Positions 37,095 through 49,529 of a DNA stretch of 64,000 bases are shown here, one piece after another. The DNA comes from Mobula hypostoma. Lineage: Eukaryota. Made by a program: the position numbers and the translations under genes. Every line of letters begins with the position of its first letter. Within the stretch, counting starts at the first letter, position 1. The DNA lies in NCBI RefSeq assembly GCF_963921235.1, contig NC_086097.1, positions 135,472,001-135,536,000 on the forward strand, given 5' to 3'. The notes below the pieces were generated by a model. The model was given only the letters and a program-made list of their open reading frames with translations, was not told where the DNA came from and did not search any database.

Positions 37095-38579
37095 GTTTAA
37101 TCACTCCCCAACAGCTCTAGAAAACCTGTCTGCACGGATATCGGTTCCCCCTCGAGTTCAGGTGTAATTTTGCCCCTTTTGTATATGAGACACTGACGAT
37201 CCAGAAACCTGAACCCCTGCCCTCTGCACCAGTTTCTCAGCCATGCATTCATCTGCCAAATCATCCTGTTCTCACCCTCACTGGCGCATGGCACAGAGAC
37301 CAATCCAGAGTCTGTTACCATGGGTGATCTGCTGTTCAGCTTTCTACTTAACTCTTGAAATCCTCTCTTCAGAACCTCCTCTCCTTTCCTACCCAAGAGT
37401 TCTGGCTGCTCACCCTCCCCCTTTAGAATGCTGTGGACCCGATCTGAGATATCTCTGGCCCTGGCACCTGGGAGGCAACATACCATCCTGCCGGGCCTGT
37501 TGTGTCCACAGAAACTCCAGTCTATGTGTTGCAAAGGACCTCCAATTCCAGCTGAGGCTTCCCTTGGGTAATGAAAGGACTCCTTTTTTATAGATGGCCA
37601 TAAATCAGTTTTGTCCAAAAGTCCGACAGGACACAAAGATACCTGACGTGGTAACCAGACTTCCATACTATGTGTAATGACCAGCAGGAAAAGCGCACAG
37701 GACGGATAAAAACAATTACTAAAAGTGGAGAGAGGAACTAGCTCTGCTGTTTGTTAGAAACAGACTTTCAAATTCAATATTACGGTACCTCGTTTGTACA
37801 TATGGGTGCCCACGGGTTAGGCATTAGTAACTACGAGACAGCCTGAATGCAACAAAGAATGCTAATATTTGCACAGTGAAAATATTTTGCGCAGGTTATT
37901 GTTCCCCATAGCTGCAAATTTACAGCATGAATGAATATGCCATTTGCAAATAATTCTTGTATACAAAAACTAGGGTAAATTTTCAAAAGATAACAAAATT
38001 ATTCCTGAATGATTTAAAGTAATTGGTTTATGAAATGACTGATTAGTCTGATTAGCCACCCACCCACACAGAATTCTGTCAAGCATAAATAAGTCAGTGT
38101 AGGAAACGCACAACATTCACTCGATTATGGAGCTATACAGCAGATAAATGCCCTTTACCCCACTGAATCCTCATTAGCCATCCAACACCCAATTGCAATA
38201 ATCCATTTTATTTTTCCACGTTGTGCTCAAATTCCTCCAGATTCTTCTACTCACCTTTACATTAGGGGCAATTTACAGCAGCCAATTAGCCTAGTCTTTG
38301 GGAAGTGGGAGGACACAGGAGCACTTGAAAGAAATCCAGCAATCACAGGAAGAATGGGAAAACACTGAACGTCAGGATTGAATCAGGGTTGCTGGAGCTT
38401 CAGGTAGAGTTCTACCAGCTGCACCTCATGACTTGTTTTGGTGCAATAGGAAGACTCTGGCTGATCCTGTCTTACTCTCAAACCTGTGTGCTCTCTGAAA
38501 CTGACTGGCTTCAACAAGAATACAGCCTTCAGCTTTGTTTGCCTCATTATGGGTGAATGGGAAAGTTTTAAAAGATGGC

Positions 38580-39510
38580 CCAGGCTAGGCACAACTCAAA
38601 TACCATCTATAAATTTGCTGACGATACAACCATTGTTGTATCTCAGATAGAGATGAGAAGGTGTACAGGAGTGAGATATGCCAACTGGTGGAGTGGTGTC
38701 GCAGCAACAACCTGGCACTCAGTGTCAGTAAGACAAAAGAGCTGATTGTGGAGTTCAGGAAGGGTAAGATGAATGAACACATACCAATCCTCACAGACGG
38801 AACAGAAGTGGGGAGAGTGAGCAGTTCCAAGTTCCTGGGGGTCAGGATCTCTGAGGACCTAACCTGGTCCCATCATATTGATGCAGTTATAAAGAAGGCA
38901 AGACAGCAGCTAAACTTCATTAGGAGTTTGAAGAGATTTGGTATGTCAACAAATACACTCAAAAACTTCTATAGATGTACCTTGGAGAGCATTCTGACAG
39001 GGTACATCACTGTCTGGCATGGGGGGCGGGGGAAGGGGGCTACTGCACAGGACCAAAAGAAGCTGCAGAGGGTTGTAAATTTAGTCGGTTCCATCTTGGG
39101 TACTAGCCTACAAAGTACGCAAGTCATTTTCAAGGAGCAGTGTCTCAGAAAAGCGGTGTCCATTATTAAGGACCTCCCAGGGCATGCCCTTTTCTCACTG
39201 TTACCATCAGGTAGGAGGTACAGAAGCCTGAAGGCACACACTCAGCGATTCAAGAACAGCTTCTTCCCCTCTGCCAACCAATTCCTAAATGGGCTTTGAA
39301 CCCATGAACACTACCACACTTTTAAAATATACATTGTTTCTTTTTTGCACGATTTTAATCTATTTCAATATACGTATACTGTAACTGATTTACTTATTTA
39401 TTATTATTTCATTTTTCTCCCTCTTCTTCTATTTTATGTATTGCCTTGAACTGGTGCTAAGTTAACAAATTTCACGACACACACCAGTGATAATAAACCT
39501 GATTCGGATT
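38580..39510 (+). mobile_element. 5'-truncated Rex/Babar-type LINE
   Basis: KFADDT followed by a 212-aa ORF (KTKELIVEFRK, KKARQQLNFIRSLK, RFKNSFFPSA) and 3' UTR. Confidence 0.9.
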
Positions 39511-39954
39511 CTGAAAGATTTTGCTGTTTATGTTTCAGGTCAAGACACCTCAACTGGACTGGATTGGCCCAGGTGAATGGTCTCTACCAGAAATATCATC
39601 TATCCATTTCCCTCCACGGATACTGCCTAACTTGCCGAGCTCCCGCAGCATTTTGTTCTTTGCCATAAGATTATCCATACTGTTAGAAGGAATGGGAAAG
39701 GGATATTTTATTTTATTACACAGGAAGGTCAATAGTCCATTTGGCTTATTACAAGGGGGTTGGAACATGAAGTCAATCTTATTGCTGTAGTATAGGGTTT
39801 TATTGAGTTCGCAACTGGAATATTTCAGATACATTTAGTCTTTCTACCCAAAGTATATTTGTCTTAGGATTGTAAAGACGATTCAACAAAAAAAACACGT
39901 TTATATGGCTCCTGCAGAGGAGGGGTCCTATCAGTCAGACTTCAATTCAAAAAT

Positions 39955-40303
39955 CACAGAGGCCACCTTATAGGGGATACCTGTACTCCTGCTCATTAAT
40001 GTAAATATCGAATCAACCAATCATGTGGCAGCAACCCAATGCATAAAAGTATGCAGACATGGTTATGAGGTTCATTTGTTGTTCAGACCAAACATCAGAA
40101 TGGGGGAGAAATATGATCTAAGTGAGTTTGATCATGGAATGATTGTTGGTGCATGACAGGGTGGTTTAAGTATCTCAGAAACTGCTGATCACCTGGGAAT
40201 TTCATACACAACAGTCTCTAGAGTTTACAGAGAATGGTGAGAAGAAAACAAAAAAAATTCAGTGAACAGCAGTTCTGTGGGCAAAAACACCTTGAGAGAG
40301 GTC
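39955..40303 (+). mobile_element. Tc1-like transposon 5' fragment
   Basis: ATG at 40100: MGEKYDLSEFDHGMIVGA*QGGLSISETADHLGISYTTVSRVYREW (paired-like HTH), joined to a Rex-type 3' end at 40303-40750. Confidence 0.85.
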
Positions 40304-41409
40304 GAAATAAGGTGCAGAAAGTTGTAAAATTAGTCAGCTCCATCATGGGTACACGGCTCTGTAGTATCCAAGGCATCTTCAAGGAGTTCTGTCTTAGGAA
40401 GACAGCGTCCACCATTAAGGACCCCCACCACCCAGGACATGCCCTCTTCACTGCTACCATGGGGAGGAGGTACAGAAACCTGAAGCCACACACTCAGCAA
40501 TCAGCAATTCAAGAACAGCTTCTTCCCCTCTGCCATCTGATTTCTAAATGGACATCGAACACATGAACATTACCTCTCTACTTTTTTAAATTTCTGTTTT
40601 TACTCATTTTAACTTATTTAATAGACATATACACACTTACAGCAATTCAGTTTTTCCTCTACATTTATTTATCATATATTTCATTGCACTGCTGCCAATA
40701 AAGTTAATGAATTTCATGACATAATGCAGGTAATATTAAACCTGACTCTGATAACTATACAACATTTAAACCTCCCCATGCAATTACCTTTTTTTTTCCG
40801 TACCATGGTAGGTTCAGCAGAAAACACAAATACAATATCACTTCTCAGCTTTCTAAAACTCCAAAGAGTAGTACGGAATTCTAACCACATCGGGAATGTA
40901 TGCATAAGAAAATCTCCAAGTCACTGAAAAAAAAATCAGGGACTGGAAGAGGGGGAGGAAACACACTGAAAAAGATTAATTGCTTTTTGCTCAGAGTAAA
41001 GACATATTGTACACATGAAGTTTCTTTCATTAAAAGATTTTAATCTTTTTTAAAACCAGTAGAACTCTCTCAAGTGAACTCAAATGTATTTATTTAATTG
41101 AGATACAGTGCACAATGGGCCCTCTGAACCACACGGTCCAGCAACTCCCTTTTAAACCCGAGCCTAGTCATGGGTCAATTTACAATGGCCAGTTAACCTA
41201 CTAATCGGTACATCTTTGGACCGTAGGGAGGAAACCGGAGAGCCCGGACGACATCCACGCAGTCGCAGGAAGAACGTACAGGAAGTGAGCACGGGTCACT
41301 GATACCGTAAAAAGTGTTATGCTAGCCAGTATACTGCCGTGCATTTGCACAGTAGAAATGGAAGAATTTCTACCATACTCTACAGACTGCAGCCCAGTTA
41401 CAATTGTAG

Positions 41410-42590
41410 TCAATTAGAGTCTGACAGCACGAAAGCAAGCCCTTTGGCCCAAAAGGTCTGTGATGATCAAGATGCCCCATCCTAGCTTGCTACATTTGCC
41501 AGCTTTTGGACCATAACCTTCTAAAACTTTCCAATCCATGTCCATAAAGATACCACGCTTTGTGTTAAAAAAAAGCCACTGAAGTTCCTTCTAAGTATCT
41601 GCCCTCTCACCATAAACCTATGCCCACTCGTTCTTAATACCTCAACTCCGGGAATAAGACTGGGTGCATTCACCCCATGACTTGATACACCTTTAGGATT
41701 ATTCCTTAAAGCGCAGGAGACAGAAGTAAAGTCCTAGTCTGTTCAACCTCTTTCTATAACTCAATTCCCTTAAGTTCTGACAGTATCCCTGCCAACACTT
41801 TCTGCAACTTTTCCAGTTTAGTAACACCTTTTCTACAGCAGGGTGACCAAAACTAAACACAATACTCCAAGTGTGGCCTCAAGAGCACCCAGTATAACAG
41901 TACCTCCCAAATTTTATACTTAATCCCCTGACTTACAAAGGCAGTGAACCAAAAGCTTTTTTTTAAACCACACTGTCTATCTCTGACTCCACTTTGGTCT
42001 TGTACTATCAGGTCTCTGTTTAATAACATTCTCCAGGACCCTGCCATTCAGTGTGAAGGTTTTACCTGGATTTGACTTTCAAAGATGCAACACCCTACAC
42101 TCAATCAAAATTGAAGTTCTATTTGCCTCTACTCGGCTCATGACTTAGCTGATTAGCCCATGTAATTTCTCATTGGCCACTAAAACCACCTATGTTAGTG
42201 CTTCCCGTAAACTTAATCACACTTTGTACATTCTAACTCAAGTAGTTAATCTAGATAATGAACGACAATGGGCCTAGCACTGACTCAACACACAGCACTT
42301 GTCACAGGCCACCCATCTGAGAAATACCCTTCCACCATCACCCTGCACTTTCTACCAAGAAGCCAATCTTGTATCCAATTAGCCAGCACTCCCTGGATTC
42401 CATGTAATCTAAACTTCCTGAGCAGCCCATCAGCATCCGCATCTTACCCTTGTCTAATTGTGATGCAAATATCTCAGCCAGGGCATCCACAATTTCTTCT
42501 GTAACCTCCCACGGTGTTCTTGGATAAACTTGGTCAAGCCCTACAGTTATTCACCCTCAGACCTTTTAAGACATCCAGCACCTCCTCTCC
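41410..42590 (-). mobile_element. Degenerate CR1 LINE 3' half
   Basis: LLRPHLEYCV remnant and 3' UTR. Smaller CR1 pieces lie at about 29230-29540(+), 33130-33480(+), 43540-44080(+) and 45900-46270(-). Confidence 0.75.
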
Positions 42591-45166
42591 CATAATTTTA
42601 TATAAACATATTTGAAATGGCCAATTACTTTATGACATTTAAAATAAGTACTCTTGCTTAATTTAATATCAACGCTAAAAAGGGGCACTCCCTTCTTAAA
42701 GGAACCATTTATAACAGACATCATTTCTCAGTTCAGCTAAATTATTAAACCTCTACAATGCATTTAGATTGGAAAATTAATATGCCCAGTCATTGCTATG
42801 AACATCTAGTGGCAACATACTCTACACATCTTGTTACATCCAGTAACATGATCTGCATGAGAAAGACATCGGCTACAGACATTCAGAATCTACATCCTTT
42901 AAAAAGAGAGTTCATGGTGTCACATTACAAGGTGTAGGAGGTGGTATTTTGCCACGCAATAAGAACAGCTCATATTTGGTCCATCAGTACCAGACTGGCC
43001 CTGCAAGATTTAGGAATAATTTGTCCTTTGCAATGAAGGCAACATTTTTGACTGTCAACATCTAGTTGCCGATGAGCTATTTGATAGATTATTTATAGTG
43101 TCTGTTATACAAGTAGGTGCAATGGTGCTCGCTGACAGACGGAAGGATATCAACGTACTGACGTGCTGCATGGTACCACAGCGGTTTTGTGTAAAACTAT
43201 TATAGTGCCTGCGACCTGGGTTCAATTCTGCCGCTGCCTGTAAGATGCCTGTACACTCTTCCCGTGATCACCGGCGTTTCCTCCCACATTCCAAAGACGG
43301 ACGGGTCAGTAGGTTAACTGGTAACATGGGTGTAATTGAGTGACATGGGCTTGTTGGGCCGGAAGGGCGTGCTACTGTGATGTGTCTCTAAATAATGCAA
43401 AAGGCAAAATATTTCAGAATCAATTGTCTAATTCAACATCAAGTCCTGAACGCTGCAACACTTCCAAATGGATGTAATCCATAGAAAGAAGCAACGCAAA
43501 CAGAGTGGTAATGGGGACACTTCCGTCGTCATTGTTTTGGGGCACAGCACATAAAAGCAAGAAAGTCACATTGCAGCAGTTTAAAAATCTGGTTAGGCCA
43601 CAGTGAGCATTGTGTGCAGTCTGGTCACCCCACTTCAGGAAGGATGTGGCAGCTCTGGAAAGGGTGCAGAAAAGGTTAAACAAGTTATTGCCTGGATTGG
43701 AGAATATCTGCTACAAGGAGAGTTTGGACAAACTTACATTGTTTACACAAACTTAGGTTGTTTAAAATTACGAGAGGTGTGCATAGGATAGACAGCAGAG
43801 TCTTTCCCTCCAGGGTAGAAATGTCAATTAGTAGAAGATACAGATTCAAGGTTATAGAGGTCAAAGTCTAAAGGAGATGCATATGACTTTTTTTAAGAAA
43901 CGGTGGCAAGTGTGTGGAGAACTGCCATGGGAGGTGGTGGAAGCAGATATGATAGCAACTTGTAAGAGGCACACAAACAAGCAAGGAATGGAGAGATATA
44001 ATCCACATGCAGGCTGATGGGATTAGTTTGATCAGCACTAATGGTGGGTCAAAGAACCAGCTCCCACGTGTACTGTTCTTCATTCTGAGAGATTCAAGAA
44101 ATCCAAGATCGTTTAATGTCATCTCCAGTACACGGGTGTAAAGAATAATGAATTGATTGTTACTCCAGATCCACATTACAAAACACATTAAAATAAAGAA
44201 CACAATAAATAAAAATCATAATCAATATAAATGCACGGGACAGCTTACATACACAGGTTGATTATTGGTCCATTGTACAGTAGTGTCTGTACACAAGGTG
44301 ACTGACAGGAAGTTATAAGGTAGTGGTGGTGGGGCTGTGGTGCATAGAGATGTTGAACAGCTTCACTGCTTGGGGAAAGTAACTGTTCTTTTGAGTCAGG
44401 GGGCCCTGGTGTTGATGCTACATAGCCACCTCCCTGATGGGAGCAGGACAAACTGTCCACGTGTAAGGAAGAAGAGCTTATGTTGGACTTTACTAAAACA
44501 GTGAATAAGGCCAGAGTGGGAGGGGGACAAAGTCAAAAGGATAGGTGACTAGAAACTCAGGGTCACCTCTTTGAATTGAACAAAAGTACCTTCTTACTCT
44601 GATCTCTATCATTTCTTTTTAGTCTTGATAAAAGGGCCTTGGCCCGAAATCTCAACTGTTTACCCTTTTCCATAGATGCTGCCTGACCTGCTGAGTTCCT
44701 CCAGCATTTTGTGTGCGTTGGTTTGGATTTCCAGCACCTGCAGATTTTCTCATGTTTGTCGCCTAATGTTTGCCTGGGGATGTGATCGCCTGGTGAGCAG
44801 TGAATACACGGATGGCCGGTGATGTTGTGCAACTCAGGAGGTAATCAGTCTCCCCTGCTGTTACGGTTAATCTCTAACTGTGAGAACTAGCCACCTCCCC
44901 CTCCCCCCATGATATGTCAGAAGCATCCAACAATAACTCTGCTGATAAAGGCAAAGGGAGAAAGTAGTTGCTGTGACAAGATGAACTGCAGTCAGTCACT
45001 TAAGACTGCAGCAGCTCCTCTCCCATCTCTGATCTCTACTACCCAGGGGAAGGGGGGCAGCAGATACAAGGGACACCTTCACCAGTAGACTCCTCACTAA
45101 GTCACATCCCATTCGGACTTGGGAATCACTATGAATACACTCTGGCACAGTTAACACCAAACTCAC

Positions 45167-45251
45167 TGAAAGGACGGCAGCAGGTCACTAACAAGGCTCT
45201 CTGTTACATCGTAAAGACAGTTAGAACGGTCCTGTTAACAGAGCCCTCGTC
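45167..45251 (-). other. Candidate non-coding internal exon, 85 nt
   Basis: Acceptor ttttcttttattcctctacag and donor ca|gtgagt; stops in all three frames. Confidence 0.3.
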
Positions 45252-46889
45252 CTGTAGAGGAATAAAAGAAAATGACCAGAGCCCTCTTGCTGGAGGATGT
45301 GACTGATAGCTTTTAAGTCCAAGCTGGATGCTGTCCTGCAAAAGTCTGCCAGCTGCTATTTTCATATGAATTAGATCAATAATTATTCAGAGCATTTATA
45401 TGGTGGCATAGCCGTTAGTACAACACTATTACAGTGCAGCTACCCCCAGGTTCAATTTCACTGTCGCCTGTGAGGAGTCTGTACATTCTCCTTGAGGGTT
45501 TCCTCCGGGTGCTCTGGTTTCCTCCCACATTCCAAAGACGTACAGGCTAGTAGATTAATTGGACAGCACTGGGTCTTTGGACTGGAAGAGCCCATTATCA
45601 TGCTGTATCTCCAAATTAAAACAAAAAACAGATAATCCTGGAAATGCACAATGGGTTGGGCAGCACGTGAAGAGAGAGAGAGCAGTTAATGTCGCAGGAC
45701 AATAACCTTTCGCAGAACTCGTCAATCTTTCCGATTCCCAGCTTCCATAGTATTTTACTTACTTTTTGAAATACAAGCGCAAAGTCAGAGAAAATTGCTG
45801 CTTCCCAATTTTATCTGAAAATACCTTGTTTCACCTCTGTAGGGGAAATTACTGTTCCCCCAACTCCTGACCTCTTAGGGGGCAAAAACAGCTTAGGACA
45901 TAGAAGAGTGCAGAAAGGCCCTTTGGCCCATGAACTAATTAAAATAATGAATTCTAATCGCTTCAGTCAGTACAAGGATCCTATCCCTACCTGCATGTTA
46001 AAGTACCGAAGAGCCACTTAAAACACCTTTATTGTGTCTGCCTCCACCACCAACTCTGACAGCACGTTCCAGGCATTAGTGTCTTTAAAAAAAGACATCT
46101 TCTTTGAACTTTACTCCTTTCACCTTAAATGGATGCCTTCTACTATTTGGTGTTCCTACACTGAGAAAAAGATTATGACTATGTCCCTCACAATTTTATA
46201 AACTTCTATCAGGTTCTCCCCACCCCAGTCTCCAATGCTCAGAGAAGACAACCCCGGTTTGTCCATGCTCTCCGTATTAATCCTGACTCAGGTCTCAGAC
46301 CTGAAGTGCTAACTCTTTCACTCCCCACAGACACTGCCTAACTTGCTGGGTGTTTTCAGCATTTTTGGGTTTTGTTGCAAATGTACCAACCGTGGCCATG
46401 CAGTAGGGAAACCACTGCACTCTGGTCGTCTTTGGGGGAAGGGGTGGGGTTAATGATCCAATGGACTCTAGAACAAGTTTATTTACACGTAGCCAGTGAA
46501 TGTCCAGTCCCAAAATTCCTATCCCTGTGTAGTCGGGGAAAAACTGAATGGCCTAATTTTCAAAGCCATGTGTTCTAGCTGGAGCACCCACTTACTGAAA
46601 AAATTCAATACGTAGATGACACATTGATTGCTCTGTTCATAAACAGTCATCATCAGCAAATGTTGAATACAATCCCATTAAACACCAATAAATGACCCAT
46701 CTGATAAGTGTTTACATCATTTCTGCCAAAAAAAAATCTATTTTACATGCTCTTGATCTCCTCAGTAACTTCCAATTTCCCTGGCCTGACCGGCTCATCA
46801 TCATCCCTATACACCTCCATCCCCTGTCAAAAGGTCTGAGCTTAGAGCTCTCCACTTCTCTGAACAAAAGACCCAACTAGTTCCCCTCC

Positions 46890-48345
46890 ACCTCAGCCTT
46901 CCTCTGTCTGGCAGAGCTGTTCCTCGCCCTCAACAGTTTTCCCTTCAGCTCCTCTCACTTTCTCCAGACTCAAGGGATAGCTAGGGCCCTCAGCTATGCC
47001 TGCCTATTCATTGCCTACGTAGAACAGTCCATGCTCCAAGCTTTCCCTGGTAATACTCCCAAACTCTTCCTGCATTACATTTGACGACTACATTTTTGCT
47101 GCTTCATGCACCTATGCCGAGCTTGCCAGTGTCACCAACTTTGCCAGCTTCCACCCTCCTCTTAAATTTACTTGGTCCATCTCTGAAACGTCCCTCCTCT
47201 TTCTCGATCTGTCTCCATCTCTGGAGATGAACAGTCAACTGATATCTTTTATAAACCTACTGATTCCTATGGTTATCTCCACTACACCTCTTCTTACCCC
47301 ATCTTCTGTTAAAAATGCTATTGCCTTTTCTCAGCTGCATCTGTTCCCAGAATTGGGCTTTCCTTTCCAGGATATCAGAGATGTCCTCCTTCTTCAAAGA
47401 ATGGGGTTTCAATCTCTCCACTATTGATGCTCGTCTCACCTGCATCTCCTCCATTTCCAAAACATCCACACTCACCCCATCTTCCTGCCACCTTAAGTGA
47501 TAACCACCCCATTAGCCTCTGCATCCAAAACATTATCCTCTGCAATTTCCACCATCTCCAAAGGGATCCTACCACCAAACATATCTTTACCTCCTCTCCC
47601 TCCACCCCCAGCTTTCCGCAGGGATCGCACCTCCACCATTCCCTTGTCCATTCATCCCTCCCCTCTAAACTCCCTCCCAGCACGTGGGTTAAGTGCTACA
47701 CTGGGATCTGTTGGGGTTGTCTTTTGTATCTGGCTCTCTTGATGTGGCTTCCTCTATATTGGTCAGACATCATAAATTGGGGGGCCACTTTGTCGAGCAC
47801 CAGCAGAACTTCCCAGTGGCCAAACATTTTAATTCTGATTCCCATTCCCATTCTGACATATTGGTCCGTGGCTGCCTCTTGTGCCAAGATGAGGCCACCC
47901 TCAGGGTGGAGGAGCAACACCTTTATATTCTGTCTGGGTACCCTCCAACCTGGTGGCATGAATATCCATGTCTCCTTCCAAGTTAAAAAAACTTCTTCCT
48001 CCTCCCCTCTTCCTCTACTCCCCACTGTGGCCATTACCTCTTCTCACCTGCCTATCACTTCCCCCTGGTGCCCCTCCTCCTTCCCTTTCTCCGAGTCTTC
48101 TCTCTTCTTCTTCTATAAGAACCCTCCTTCTTCGGCCCTTCATCTTTCCCACCCACTTGGCTTCACCAGTCACATTCCAGCTATCCTCCTTCCCCTTCCC
48201 CCACCTTTTTATTCTAGTGCCTTGCCCTTTCCTTTCCAGTCCTGATGGATCCGAGTCTGAAGACAACCACCTCTTCTTTTCCATAGCTGCTGCCTGACCT
48301 GCTGAGCTCCTCCAACATTTTATGCATGTTGTCCTATTTTGAATT
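46890..48345 (+). mobile_element. Penelope-like element: RT, GIY-YIG and terminal repeat, degenerate
   Basis: FSFSSSHFLQTQG..SYACLFIAYVE, a frameshifted YIDD, and HFNSDSHSH...RVEEQHL. Confidence 0.85.
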
Positions 48346-49529
48346 TCTTGCTTCTGAACAAAAATGGACCGCCTGTGACAGATACTGGAAGAGTTCCAGA
48401 CAACATGAAGTTGCAAGCATTGGAAATGCAGAAAGATAAAGCCAACATCAAATATTTCACTGAAGCAGAATAAAACAGTGCATCAAAATGAGTGGTAGGA
48501 GGGTTCACCTTGGGATAATATTATAAACACAACCTGCCTCAGAACACTGCCCAGAAAGCACAATATTGGTTAACTGTGAGAAACGTTTTGTGAAACAGAA
48601 CCAGGAGCACTAAGACTGACGCTTCAGTGTGACTGTTGTCAAGGCAACATCAGATAGGCAGTAATTTGAAACTGAAGCCACAAAACCAAGTACCCACTTT
48701 TTTTAAAATAATTGGTCTTAATGTTTAATCCTAATACAGGGGTTCCCCACCTGGGGTCCGCAGCATAAAAAAAGACTGGGAGCCCCTATTCGAACAGAAG
48801 CAAACCTGAATGTTTATCTGAATATTTGCTGATTCTGAAAAAGTGGCCACAAAAGTAGCTGAAAGGCGTCAGCTCAATTAACAGCATGGCTTCAACTGAT
48901 GTAAATATACTCATAAACCGTGGGGCGCCACTGTAGCAAAGCAAATAGCGTGACACAGGGTGTCGGAGATAGGAGTTCAATCCTGGCATCCTCCCTGTGG
49001 AATGCGTGGGGTTTTTCCAGCTCCTTCGCTTTCCTCCCACAGTCCAAAGACGCAGCAGGTGGGTTAAATGGTTATTGTAAATCGTCCCTTGAGTAGGTTA
49101 GGGTTAAATTGGGATGGCCGGGGGCTACTGGGCGGTGTGGCTCAAAGGGCCTATTTCATGCTGTTATCTTTAATTTTAAAAAAATCAACACTGATGCTCA
49201 ACACAGAATCGTTGGACAGTTTTGAGAATTAATAATAGTATGACTGGGAGAAACTAAGGGCAAAATTTAACTCTTAATCACCCTGTGAGATTTGCACAGG
49301 AGATTTGAAGCAAGAATTGAGTTATCAGGTGTACAGCATCTTTTGATCGGCTGTTAAACCCATGAACTGATCATGTAAAACTGAATGAGGAAATTTGACA
49401 ATTTTAGAGTCAGGCAATTAATATTTGAAAGAAACAAGAACTCGTTAGCTGACTCCCCACCTCCCCCATCCCCAGATCGGCTGAGTCAAACATTCGAAAA
49501 GGTCAACTCAGATACAGTCAATCTGGTCA

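Larger units (their letters stand above)
34790..37520 (-). mobile_element. Old CR1 copy (ORF1 end and ORF2 start) split by a hAT insertion
   Basis: ORF1 remnant at 37103-37520 (MVCCLPGARARDISDRV, NAWLRNWCRGQGFRFLD); EN remnant at 34790-35297; both halves abut the hAT TSD. Confidence 0.8.

Noticed and set aside
38661..39299. ORF resembling the ALKBH8 N-terminal/DUF1891-type region
   Set aside because: It is the normal C-terminus of Rex/Babar LINE ORFs, preceded by the RT FADD motif and present in many copies here.
46596..46632. Possible minus-strand micro-exon (donor ca|gtaagt; a similar case at 3753-3787)
   Set aside because: Weak acceptor and unrecognisable peptide; not distinguishable from chance splice-like motifs.
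47424..48245. 273-aa ORF
   Set aside because: Mostly off-frame read-through of a degenerate Penelope element and its pyrimidine-rich tail.
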